Shown in pieces: positions 46,584-57,204 of a stretch of DNA of 64,000 nucleotides; positions within the stretch are counted from its first letter, which is position 1; every line of letters begins with the position of its first letter. The notes beneath the pieces were generated by a model that ran no database searches, was not told where the DNA came from, and worked only from the letters and a program-made list of their open reading frames with translations. The translations under genes and the position numbers were made by a program. Source of the stretch: Blepharisma stoltei ATCC 30299 (taxonomy: Eukaryota; Protista; Ciliophora); assembly GCA_965603825.1 (NCBI GenBank), contig CBFDEM010000058.1, positions 682,001 through 746,000 of the forward strand. The letters run 5' to 3'.

Positions 46584-47912
46584 TTATTGTTCAACATCTT
46601 TGCTTTGCCCATTTTTCACGAGCCTCTGATACTCCTCTTTAAGGCAGGCAATTGTTTGCTCGTTTTTATAAGTATTAAAAGCAATATCAACGATTTGCTT
46701 CTTTATCATATCCAGATCTTTTTTAAGCTGCATTTTCAGAAGAACAGTTGGGTCAACAACTTCTTCAATGGTCTGAACAAAGACCGAAACCATTTTGCAT
46801 GAAGGTTTTACTTCGCATTCTTCATCTTTCTCAATTTCTTTACACTCAACTTTTAGACTTACTGCTGGCTCTTTTCTTTTTTTATATTTTTTCTTAGGGA
46901 CTGTTGGGTCCTGAAATGACCCTACGACCAAGCCTGATATGAACTCATTTTCTTCAGGAGTCAAATCAACTGATTTTATTTGGAGCCACTGCCAAGAATG
47001 AAGTTTAATCTCGTCTAAACTTGCAAATCCTGTGCAAATATCAGCAGGATTTTCAATATAAACCCCATCTGTCGTATTTCCTTTGAAAGCCCACTTGCAG
47101 GACAGAAAACTGACGTTGAAGGCTGAAACAGGCGCTCTGCACTCTCTGCAGAAACAAGTTTGAGCTTCACTCAAATATTCAAAGGTAAAATTATTTCCTA
47201 TGTATACGAATTCTTTGGCTTTGAAAATAGGGCAGGGAGGATTACTGCATTTTACCTCAAAATAGCAGCCATTATTTTCTAGCTGCTTTTGGGATAGTTT
47301 GGGACGAGCAGAAGTGTTTGGCTCTTCAAAATGGATTTCGATGCCATTTTCTGCAATAAAATTATTTTTTTTCAAAAGTACAGCATCTTTAATGCTGATG
47401 CAATTCCGGATAAAACTTATAAAATGTCGAGTTTTTTCGTCCTCTTCATTTAAGGCTAAAGTTGATTCATAAATAACAAGCCAGTGGTCTATTGTTTCTC
47501 TGAAGCTTGGTTTTGATAGCAGTCTATCAAGAAACTCGTAAGACATTGATTTAAACCGCTCATCAGAATACACATTATCAGGGTTCAAGGACTTGATCCA
47601 GTTTCAGAATTTGATTTCTGTAGGGTCAGTTCTGATCTGCTTAGCGTTCCACGCGAAGAAATTCCTCAGAATCTTTTTCCTTTGGTGCTCCTTCTCCTTT
47701 GGACCAACTTTTGAGAGCAAGGTTTTCTCCATTAGTCTTTTCTCCTGCCTACATAAAAAATACGCTTGGAGTTTATTTCTTGGACATGAGCGATAATAAT
47801 GACCTAAACTGGAGGCATCAGGCTCAGTTTTGGGTAGGACCTGTAAAGAGACTTCGTACGGGTTCTCGACGTTTGCTGGGAAAGTTTTAAATTGTGAGTT
47901 TGCTCCAATCAT
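46584..47912 (-). CDS. Hypothetical protein with Cys-rich putative Zn-binding domain and C-terminal coiled coil
   Basis: Two ORFs joined in frame through TGA at 47604-47606. Cys pattern CSNPPC..CREC..FLSCKWAFKG. Confidence 0.7.
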
Positions 47913-48482
47913 ATTTATATTATATTTTTATCTTAACCTGGCATTTAAAGGCACCAAATTTAAATTCCTGAAGAGATTTAGTGGTGATGGGAGAATATAA
48001 GAAAATTCGCTTTGAAATATGAAGAAAAATGATGATCATTTAGACATTATGTAATATTTATTTAATAATTATAATAGGCACAAAAGTTAATAAATTGGTA
48101 GTGAATTCAAGTAAAGACATAAATCCATTTAATATCAGAAAACCAGTATATAGGCCAGTGCAAACTTCCTTAAATCTCATAACTCAAAAAACAGGTAAAG
48201 AGCCGCAAGTTGTGGCTTCAAATTTATAAAATGCAAAATTAAAATAAATTCATCGTAGTTACTTATGGTTTAATTATTAATTCTTTTAAATAGCACTAAT
48301 TATATAAGAGGATATAATATGAAAATAAAGGCAAGAAAATTTCAGAATTAAAAGTTTAAAAAATGACACAAATGAGTGATAAAAATGCCATTGAAAGTAA
48401 AAATCCTTATGTTTTTTTTTTAATATCATTAATATAAAATATCACATTTTTAAAGTATACAGTGTCCATAAATAATATTTAG

Positions 48483-49712
48483 ATGTGAAAGCAAGGAATT
48501 TCTGAAAGCAATAATCAGCCTGAACTTATAAAACACGAGTTTTCTAATGAAATTCCTCAAAGCAGTAACCCAGATATTTTTACTTCCACAGAAGAGAAAA
48601 ACCTAGAAGCAAAAGCCCAGACAACAGGGAAAACGAAACTATCAGACAGTGTAGGTTATTCTAAAGACTTTGAGGAAGCAAAAAATGAAGAAATTCATAC
48701 CAAGCCTGCACTTAGCGAAAATATTAAAGAAGGCATCACCTCAGCAAGTGAAGAAGAAATTAAACCAAAAATTGAATTGAAAGAATGATCTAATAACTCT
48801 AAAGAAGAGAAAAAAGAAGAAATTTTTGAGCTTCCACCAGTCAAAACTTTTACTGCAGGCACAAGCCAAGAAGAAATTAAGACTGAAATAGAAGTGAAAA
48901 AGGGCAAAAATCTGAGCCTAAACAGCAAAGGATATTCTAATAGCTCCAAAAAAGACACAAAGGAAACTCCTGCTAAGAAAGCTGCACAAAAAGTAGAAAT
49001 AGAGACCAGCTCAGATAGCGAAGAAGAATTTACTCCAAAAAAAGGAGAAGAGTCAAGCTCAGACAGTGAAGAAGAGCCAAACCAGACAGAAAAGAAAATA
49101 ATTTGAGATATATCCTATGGTACTGGCCCAGTCACAGAAATTTTCGTAGGCAATTTGTCTTATCAAACTAAATCAAGTGATCTCGACAACTTTTTCTCTA
49201 GATGTGGAGAAGTCTCTAGTGTTAAACTTCTCTATACCTCAGATGGAAATCCTAAAGGGATAGCAAACGTGAGCTTCACTAATATAGAATCTACAAATAA
49301 AGCCCTTGAACTAAACGGTGCAATATTTATGGGAAGAAACCTCAGAGTTTTACCATCAATTAGCAAGCCTCTAAGCTCAAGAATTGCTGAGATAAGCCCA
49401 AGCCAAGATGAGCCTGAAGAGCAAGCAGATGCTAGGCTGGGGAATGGCAAATCAACCACAATTTTTGCTAGAAATCTTTCATATGCCTCAACAATTGACT
49501 CCATAAGAAAATTTTTTGAGATTTGTGGGGAAATCAAAGATATAAGAGTTGCATTGGATTCTGAAGGAAATCACAAAGGGTTTGCGTTTATTGAGTTTTT
49601 CAACATAGAAGCTGCAGAAAAAGCGATTGAACTGAATGGGAGAAAATTTGATGGAAGAATAATTAGTTTGGATTTTTCGGGAAACTCAACTTCTAAGGAA
49701 ATCTCTATTTAG
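48483..49712 (+). CDS. Nucleolin/Nsr1-like protein with acidic N-terminus and two RRMs
   Basis: Frame opens at ATG-TGA (M-W) at 48483, with further TGA codons at 48786 and 49104. SSDSEEE repeats, RNP2 IFVGNL and IFARNL, RNP1 KGFAFIEF. The start is uncertain. Confidence 0.8.
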
Positions 49713-50044
49713 AATTTCATCCACAGATAGTATAGAAGATACTTCAAACGAAGAAATAAGCATTAAAAAACTTTTTTATTTCTAAATATTTGTGTTTTTA
49801 ATCTAAACTAAACTATTACAAGTCTCCAAGCCTAATTATATAAGAATTACCTATTATTTATCATAACTAATATGCTTAGTCTTCTTTTACTAAAAATGAT
49901 ACTTATCAGACATTAATTTCTTCTATAATTATAATTCAGCTCTCGAAATTAATAATTTAAAAAAGCTCTATAGGGCAGTTTTACAGATAAATCCTTAAAT
50001 TTGTTTAGCTTATTTTTTCGAGCCCGATTAACTATATTACTTAT

Positions 50045-51142
50045 ATGGCGTCTTTTTTTAAACACCAAACAACGTTCTCTCCAAGCGCTCGTGGTAGCGT
50101 CAGATCAGCCCAGTCTGGCAGGCATTCAAAAACGCTACAGTCTGCTCCTTCTTATACAGGCTCTGCTTTTTCTCGTATTTTTAGTGATAAAAATATAACA
50201 ACGAATATCTTGCCGACCTTTTTGGTTTCAGAACAAACAAAGAAAGGGATTACTGAAGAAGATCTTCAAAGGTTAAACCTTATGAATTCTTTATATTCCA
50301 ATCCTCAAGAATCCTTATCAAGAACCCAAGTAATTTTCAGCTCTCGGGAATCCTTAGGAAAATATCAGCCAGATGATGCCAAGCCATCTGAGCCAGCACC
50401 AAGACCAAGCTTGCCTAACGAAAACCGACTAAGCTTGCCTAGTGAAAGCCGACTAAAAATCAGCACAGAAAAAATAGAAGAGGTCAAAAAGATTGAAAAA
50501 ATTACCCGAGATATTTTTAATCCTACCCTAAAACCTAGCGAAGTGTTGCTATCTATAAGAAAACGAGACCTAAAAAGAGAAGATTTGGTGAAACTAAGGG
50601 AGGGGGTTGACTTACCAGAGTGCATTATTGACTGCTACTTGTCTATTCTTAAACATACCAACAGCTTAAGAATAAGGTATACGCCTGGAGCCTCAAAAGT
50701 CCTTATTGCGAGCTCGAGCTTTAGTTCAATGATTTTTTTAAAAGGCAAAGAAATAGCTCAGCCAAAATCAAATATATTCAAATACGATTTTTTAGTTTTT
50801 CCTCTAAATGTAGGATATTGGACTTTATTAGTAGTAGATATGAAAAGGATGATTGTAAAATATTACGACCCAATTAAAGAGCACAGAACTATTTCTATTG
50901 TAATGGCTAGACTTTCAAAATTCATTCAAAAAGCGACTCCGAGAGAAGAGCAAAGAGTTACTACGAATTTTCAATTTATTTCAATGCCTCTGCAAGGGAC
51001 AAGTATGATGGATAGTGGAGTGTTTATTTGTAATGAAGCAGAAAATCTAGCTTGTGGGAAGCAAAACAGAATAAATAAAGAGTCAGTCGATAACTATAAA
51101 AAGGATATGCTGGCCGCACTGGTTAAAGCATCAAGTATATAA
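50045..51142 (+). CDS. Ulp1/SENP (peptidase C48)-like protein, predicted catalytically inactive (gene A)
   Basis: DL..L..G..L...IIDCYL, FPLNVGYWTLLVVD..IVKYYDP and DSGVFIC. His-to-Tyr and Cys-to-Ser changes at the catalytic positions. Confidence 0.8.
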   Translation: MASFFKHQTTFSPSARGSVRSAQSGRHSKTLQSAPSYTGSAFSRIFSDKNITTNILPTFLVSEQTKKGITEEDLQRLNLMNSLYSNPQESLSRTQVIFSSRESLGKYQPDDAKPSEPAPRPSLPNENRLSLPSESRLKISTEKIEEVKKIEKITRDIFNPTLKPSEVLLSIRKRDLKREDLVKLREGVDLPECIIDCYLSILKHTNSLRIRYTPGASKVLIASSSFSSMIFLKGKEIAQPKSNIFKYDFLVFPLNVGYWTLLVVDMKRMIVKYYDPIKEHRTISIVMARLSKFIQKATPREEQRVTTNFQFISMPLQGTSMMDSGVFICNEAENLACGKQNRINKESVDNYKKDMLAALVKASSI

Positions 51143-51392
51143 TGGGTGTAAATAGGTCGTTGTACCTATAAAAATGCAAATAATAAACTAATAAATGTTT
51201 TATTTATACGATTTAATCTAAGATTTCTTTTCATTCGTAGAATTTTTTCTTGCAAAAAATATCTATAGATAAGTATTTTTTAATTAAATGAGAAATTATT
51301 TAATATCACCATAAAAGATTATAATAATCTAATTCGAATTATCCAGTAAAAATATATATTAAATTTCCATTAAAGATATCAATAAATAATTC

Positions 51393-53268
51393 ATGGAAGG
51401 AAAATTTCATGAAGGGCAATTAGTGTGGGCAAAAGTTGAAAATCATCTATGGTGGCCAGCAATTGTATGAATTATTTAAGGTTGATAGTGTGGAAGAAAA
51501 CAATGTTTCTGAGTTTGATGAAGAGCCAGATTTTCAAGGCGTCATCACAGTCAATTTAATTGGAGAGAACACATAGTAAGTTTTACATAGTGCTCATTTA
51601 AATTCCAAAAAAATAGTAGACTATCAAGAAGCTTATCAAACGCATTCTAACGTAGAAGATGAGGTAAAAATTACTTAGAAACTTAAAAACTGTATCACAA
51701 TCGCAAACAAGCTTTTAGCTAAGGAGCTCGATATTACAAATCTTGAAGAAATCAACACAAATTTAATAGCATTTCTTCATAAAAATCACCCTCCAAAAGA
51801 AGAGCACATAGAGCCCAGAAGTCTTGACACTTCAGACGAAGAACTCAAACGAATAGTCAAAGAAATCAACAAGCACCTAGACTCAAAAATCGCGCTAAAT
51901 GAGCGTTCAACAGATCTCAGCGGCTTATGTAGCAGCTCTGACACCACCAGATACAAGCTTGAAGAGCTCTTGCGGCTCCTCGCTACCTTTATCGACCATG
52001 AAGACTCCAGCACTCACTATCTCCCAGTCCAAGAGCTCTGTGACAACCTTTCCTTTATCGTCCAAATAATCCCAGACTCCTCTATTCTCGAGGGCTCCAA
52101 AATCTTAAAAACTCTTAAAACCTTTAAAAACAAAGAAAAAGAAAGCTCTAGCAGCCTTTTGAAATTTCTCTCACACATCTGTCACAAACTTTATTTATTT
52201 TGGAAAAAAAGCTTGATTAATGCAAGCATAAAAAATTTGGTGACTTCTAATAAGCAGCAAATAAAAAAAGACGAAAGCTGGGGGTCAAGAAGCTTTGTGG
52301 CGCAGACAATTCCTGAGCCCAAAAAAGGACTTACTGAAGAAGATTTAAGGAAGTTCAACATGATGAACTCTTTAAATACAAATAATCAGGAAACTATGTG
52401 GAGGTATAAATCAGGGCTAGCTACGACTCCAATACAAAGTAATATTAGCCCAAGAGCAGAAAAGAGGCAAAAAACTGCATCATATGCAGATTCACAGAGG
52501 CCAAGTATTACTAGTGATAATCTTATTACAAGAAATTCAAGCCCACCAGGAGAAACAAGAGCAAGCCTTGAACAAAGTCTAGTAAATAGACTTGTGGATA
52601 TGTCTCCAGAAGAAAATAAAAGACTTGACACAGAAACTGATACTGCCTCACAGATAGGGGACGTTTTGTTAGCAATACGTAAAAGAGAACTAAAGCGAGA
52701 AGACTTAGCAAGGCTTAGAGAAGGAGTAGAACTGCCTGAAAGTCTTGTGGACTGTTATTTATCAATACTTAAACACACAAATAGCTTAAGAATTAGATAC
52801 ACCCCAGGCACACCTAGAGTAATGATAGCAAGCTCAAGCGTAAGTAAAATGATTTTTATTAAAGGAAAAGAAATTTCTCAGCCTGAGCCAAAAATATTTA
52901 AACACGATTTTTTAATTTTCCCGATTAATGTGGGGTATTGGACTTTATTGATAGTTGATTTGAAGCGCATCGTAGTTAGGTATTGTGATCCTATGAAGGA
53001 GCATAAATCTATATCAATGCTTATAGGAAAATTGGCGAGATTTATACAAAAAGCTGCACCTAGAGATATTCCTAAGCTAAATACAAATTATCAGTTTGTC
53101 ACTACTCCAGTGCCTGACATAAATAGAGGTGATACTGGTATTTACATATGCAATGAGGTAGAAAATTTAGCTTGTGGGAAACAAAATATAATTAACAGAG
53201 AAACTGGAGATGTCTATAGAAAAAGTATGCTGCTGTCACTAGTAAAAGCTTCAGGTGCAGGTGTATAA
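51393..53268 (+). CDS. Chimeric PWWP + helical domain + inactive Ulp1/SENP-like protein (gene B)
   Basis: GQLVWAKVENHLWWPAI. Introns at 51465-51480 (16 nt, AAG acceptor), 51576-51590 and 51664-51678. The C-terminal half is a paralogue of gene A (NVGYW, DTGIYIC). Confidence 0.85.
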
Positions 53269-53364
53269 GCAGAAAAGCTATTTAATTAAGGTATTTTATT
53301 GATGGAGCCTAGAAAATAATTTTTTGATATTATAGATTTTATATACACTAATAAATATTAATAA

Positions 53365-54684
53365 ATGGAGGGAAAATTTGAGAAAGGACAGTTGGTTTGG
53401 GCAAAGATTAAAACTTATCCATGGTGGCCAGCAATTGTATTATTAACTTAGATTGATAAAATTGAAAAAGTAAATGCTGCAGAGCCTGATGAAGAGCCAG
53501 AATACCAAGAAGAAATCACTGTAAAGTTTATAGGAGAAAATACGCAGTAAGCTTAAATTAGTGCTACTCTTTGCTCTGAAGATATTAATGACTATCAAGA
53601 GACTTATAATGAGCATTGCATTGTTAAGCAAAAAGTATTGGCTATTTAGAAACTAAAAAATTGCATTTTAATAGCAGACAAAATTGCTTCGAAAGAAATT
53701 GACTATTCTAAGCTTCCTGAAATTAATACCAATTTGGGGGCTTTTATTGAAAAAATCATGAACAAGCAAGAAAAGAGTAGATCATCGTCGTCTGAGACAG
53801 AGTCTGATGAAGAACCAAAGCCAAAAAAGAACCAAAAAGTAGAGGATCCAGAAGATAATGGAGGTAAAAAGCTGAAAGAAATAAATAAGCAGATAGATAT
53901 AAAAATGACACAAAGCGATAAAAATAATGAGCACGGCAGAAAAAGAGAGATCGAAAATATCAATGCAAAACTTAGCGAATTATCTAGTGGATTATCAACA
54001 TATTTAAATAGCGAAGAAAATAAAGAAGAAGCAAAAGAGCCGATTTGCCCTATTGATGATTTGTGTGACCATTTAGCTTATTTAATTCAGAACAACCCTG
54101 AAAATACTGTTTTAGAATCCTCTAAAATACTAAAAACTTTAAAGTTGTTTAGAGCAAAATATACAGAAAATTCCAATCAAAATCTAAGAATTTTGTCTGA
54201 AATTTGTTATAAATTGTATCTGTTTTGGAAAAAGTGTATAATTAATGAAAAAATTAAAAATTCAGTCAGCCCTCCAGCTCCTCCCACTCCAAAGCCAGCT
54301 CGAAAACCAAAATCAGATACCAAGCCAAAAGAAACCCCTAAAAACTCTGCAGCAAAACCTGCTGTAAAACCGCCATCGAAATCCGCCAAAAAGCCCTCAA
54401 AACCAGTTGAAAAAGAAGAAACCAAAGAACCCCAAAAACCATCTCCAGAAGATACGACTGATTGACCACTAAGAAAAAAAGTCTGCAGAAAACTCGCCAA
54501 AATAATCACAGAAAGGGGACTCCTCAAGGCTCAATCTCAAGACTATGCTTTAGACCTCGAAAAAAAATTACGAGAGAAAGACCCTCAAATGAAAACTAAG
54601 TATAAAGAAGCTTTTATCAATTTGCGTGCAAAATTATCAAGCCCAGACAAAGAGATCGAAAAAATAATTTCAGAGTTTCAATAA
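53365..54684 (+). CDS. PWWP-domain protein with TFIIS-like helical domains (gene C)
   Basis: GQLVWAKIKTYPWWPAI. 15-nt introns at 53437-53451, 53547-53561 and 53635-53649. Reads through TGA at 54463-54465 into LRKKVCRKL..ALDLEKKL..KYK (TFIIS central-domain-like). TAA at 54682-54684. Confidence 0.85.
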
Positions 54685-54725
54685 GAAAATTAATATTTTT
54701 TATCATTAATTGCATAAATGATTAT

Positions 54726-56165
54726 TTATTTTCTAGCGTGGTCTGCTAAAATAGAGCCGACACAGCATGCAAAGGACCTCAAGTAATCAATTCTAAGGTT
54801 TTCATTGCAGCTATGAGCACCGCTATCAGTACCTAAAATCCCAGTAACTAATAGCTCGGTGCTCGGGAAAATTTCAGCAAGCATACCCATTAAATGGATG
54901 CTTCCTCCAACACCAAAATAAAGAGCATCTTTTCCAAAATATTCTTGAGAGGCTCTTTGAATGGATTCTGAAAGCCAAGGGGACAAAGGCTGAAGCCTCC
55001 ATCCTTCATTAGGCTTTGCAGTTTTTATTTCTATATGAGCACCATATGGAGGGTCTCTAGTAAGCTCATGGATAACTCTTTCTTGTGCTGCTGGGCCATT
55101 AATTCCTGGAGGAAGTCTGATTGAAAGCCTTACAGAGGTATAAGGTCTTATTAAATTTCCAGCATTTTGAATTGTTGGAAATCCTTCAGCCCCAACCACA
55201 CACAATGTAGGTTTCCAAGTCTGATTAACCGTCTGCATGACTTTATCCTCAGTCACTGGCTTCCCACCTGACACCCATGACACAGATTTTACTTCATCAA
55301 TAATAGAAGCTGTAGCTGCTGCTTGTGCATAAATTTCTGGAGGAATCTGCGTATGAAGTTCTGGCAGCAAAATTTCTCCGGATTTTGAGTCTTCAATTCT
55401 GTCAAGCAGTTGACGTAAAATTCTAAAAGAATCTGGGATTACTCCTGAGCCTCCTGAGTGAACACCTTCATTGATCAGCCTTACAGTGACGTCAATTTTC
55501 AATACACCTCTAAGGCTATTTGTGATCCAAAAATGCTCATAATCTCCTATTCCAGAATCCAAGCAAAAAGTGACTTCAGGCTCCCCAATTCTGTCTTTAA
55601 GTTTATTTAAATAATACTTTAAATTGATGCTGCCGCTTTCTTCTTCATTTTCTCCAATAATCACAATTCTTCCATGTGGGATTTCTAAGGTCTGCAATGT
55701 TTTCACCAATAATGCTGCTGTAGGCATAGAGTAACCATCATCGCCTCCACCTCTTCCATATAGTTTTCCATTAATAATAGCTGGCTCTGTATTATTGGCT
55801 CCTTCAATCCAGCCTGTGAAATGTGGCTGCTTGTCAATATGCCCATAAATCAATACTGTTCCAAGGCCAGGCTGGGTGGCTTGGACTTCGCCAAATAGAA
55901 TTGGAGCTTTTCCAGGCTCTCTGATGATTTCTTTAGTGAAATTTCTGATGTTTAAAGAGTCCATATACCCAGTAATCACTGAAATGGCTTGCTCCATCCT
56001 TCCATTGGTTTCCCATTCACTATCATATAAAGGTGAAAGATTAGGAACTCTGATAAAGTCCATAAGTGTCGGAATGACACCTTCATCAATCCCTTTAAAA
56101 ATCAGATTCCTCAAGTTCTGAGCCATTTTATAAAAGCTTGGCTGTAAAAGTTTAGCTTTAAACAC
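54726..56165 (-). CDS. M20 family metallopeptidase (CNDP/Dug1/ArgE-like)
   Basis: YGHIDKQP, LYGRGGGDDG, EEESGS, HSG, GGSI and AHSCNE. Confidence 0.92.
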   Translation of the reverse strand: MFKAKLLQPSFYKMAQNLRNLIFKGIDEGVIPTLMDFIRVPNLSPLYDSEWETNGRMEQAISVITGYMDSLNIRNFTKEIIREPGKAPILFGEVQATQPGLGTVLIYGHIDKQPHFTGWIEGANNTEPAIINGKLYGRGGGDDGYSMPTAALLVKTLQTLEIPHGRIVIIGENEEESGSINLKYYLNKLKDRIGEPEVTFCLDSGIGDYEHFWITNSLRGVLKIDVTVRLINEGVHSGGSGVIPDSFRILRQLLDRIEDSKSGEILLPELHTQIPPEIYAQAAATASIIDEVKSVSWVSGGKPVTEDKVMQTVNQTWKPTLCVVGAEGFPTIQNAGNLIRPYTSVRLSIRLPPGINGPAAQERVIHELTRDPPYGAHIEIKTAKPNEGWRLQPLSPWLSESIQRASQEYFGKDALYFGVGGSIHLMGMLAEIFPSTELLVTGILGTDSGAHSCNENLRIDYLRSFACCVGSILADHARK

Positions 56166-56299
56166 GAATAAATTTCAACAGGAATGCCTTAATTTTAATA
56201 AGGAATAGAAATATTCATTTTATTATAGCAAAAAATTAATTTGATTAAAAATCATTTTTATTATTGTAGAAATAGGAATGCTGGATTTTAATATAAAAT

Positions 56300-57193
56300 A
56301 TGACTGAAGAAGGAAGCTTGTTTAGTTCTATTGGTGGACTTATAAAAGCTGGTTTTAAAAAAACTGAGAAGGCTTTAAGCTATGTCAAAGACGGAATTGT
56401 GAACTATGGGAAATGCTACATGTGCAAGGAGCAAGCTAACTGTGATATTCCTTGCGGCCACATTCTCTGCTACAGGTGCTTAAATTTCTACATAGAAAGC
56501 CAAGGGATCCCAAACCCAGAATTTGTACTCTGTTATATTTGCCAAAAGCCAATCCCACTTGAAAATATTCCAATTGACTATGATGTCTATCCTTATGAAG
56601 AAGAAAAAATTCCCGTTCACGATACTTGAAGCCTTCCAAGTCCTAAAAAGTGAATCATTAACCAGGAAGAGACAAAATTCACTATATTAGAATTGCCAGA
56701 AGAAGAAGAGGAAAAGCCTAAAGATCTGTTTGTCTCTCCATTATATGATTCAAGTTCCAGCTCTAGCTCTAGTGAAGGAGAGGATTTGCCTGAGGAAATA
56801 GCACCTTTCCCAATCAATGAAATTAGAGTAAAGGAATGCCCCTTTTGTGAATGGAGTTTAGAAATATCGACCGCTTCTAGATATGAAGTTTGTAAAAACG
56901 TAGAATGCAATAGAACTTTTTGTCCTCAATGCAATCAAATACCTCACCCTGATAAATCTTGTAGTAAAAAAGATTCAGAGAGAAAAGTAACTGTTCCTTA
57001 TGATCCAAAATGTCCAATCTGTCTTGCTGAATTTATCAAAGAAGAAGGCTGCAATTTTTTATGGTGTCCAAATACGTGTGCAAAAACATGTTTCTGCTTG
57101 ATTTGCGGGACTCATATAGCAAGATGTGAATATTTTACTCACTATACAAAATCAGGACCATTTGGAAATACCTGCAATGGTAATAAAGATTAA
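56300..57193 (+). CDS. RBR-type (RING-IBR-RING2) E3 ligase-like protein
   Basis: RING (CYMC..CGH..CYRC..CYIC), IBR (CPFC..C..C..FCPQC..H) and RING2 (CPIC..KEEGCN..C..FCLIC). Joined through TGA at 56627-56629 and 56651-56653. Confidence 0.82.
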
Positions 57194-57204
57194 TTATATC
57201 AAAA

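Noticed and set aside
48363-48482. Upstream exon of the RRM gene joined by an 86-nt intron
   Set aside because: The GT(48397)-AG(48482) join gives the wrong frame, and the size is atypical for this genome.
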